34,984 nt of DNA from Octopus bimaculoides (Eukaryota), in assembly GCF_001194135.2 (NCBI RefSeq), contig NC_069001.1, positions 21,445,652 to 21,480,635 of the forward strand, given 5' to 3'. The stretch's first letter is position 1; the number at the start of each line of letters is the position of its first letter. The notes below the pieces were generated by a model, which did not search any database, was not told the origin of the DNA, and saw nothing but the letters and a program-made list of their open reading frames with translations. The position numbers and the translations under genes are program-made. Shown here piece after piece: positions 34,952 through 34,984 of this stretch.

Positions 34952-34984
<33 letters not shown>
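34812..34984 (+). mobile_element. SINE family A, 5' half, running into (TA)n at the window end
   Basis: aagaagtttgcttctcagccacatagttctggg...ttaggcaagtgtctt...gacagaaactgaaaga followed by (TA)n. Confidence 0.8.

Overview
This is an AT-rich eukaryotic scaffold window with 7 N-gaps and no intact protein-coding gene. The SINE families, microsatellite density and LINE mix point to a cephalopod (Octopus-like) intron or intergenic region; that taxon call is inference. The window is a patchwork of decayed mobile elements: (1) an ORF1-like coiled-coil frame running off the left end; (2) an N-terminal Penelope-like (PLE) fragment; (3) two 5'-truncated RT/RLE LINEs of the HERO/NeSL type; (4) a 5'-truncated PLE (4097-6658, minus) with an RT C-terminus, a Zn-motif/GIY-YIG endonuclease, Asn-rich linker expansions, ~120-bp inverted termini and a candidate hammerhead ribozyme; (5) a CCHC gag-knuckle ORF1 with no ORF2; (6) an R4/Dong-like LINE fused at its 5' side to an RTE 3' end; and (7) ten tRNA-derived SINE copies from three families, including two head-to-head inverted pairs. 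Most ORF-track entries are microsatellite or N-gap artefacts, while several real decayed frames are missing from the track. A few short segments with good splice signals may be host exons, but no gene could be named. All translations and alignments were done by eye, and family names come from recalled motifs, not database searches.
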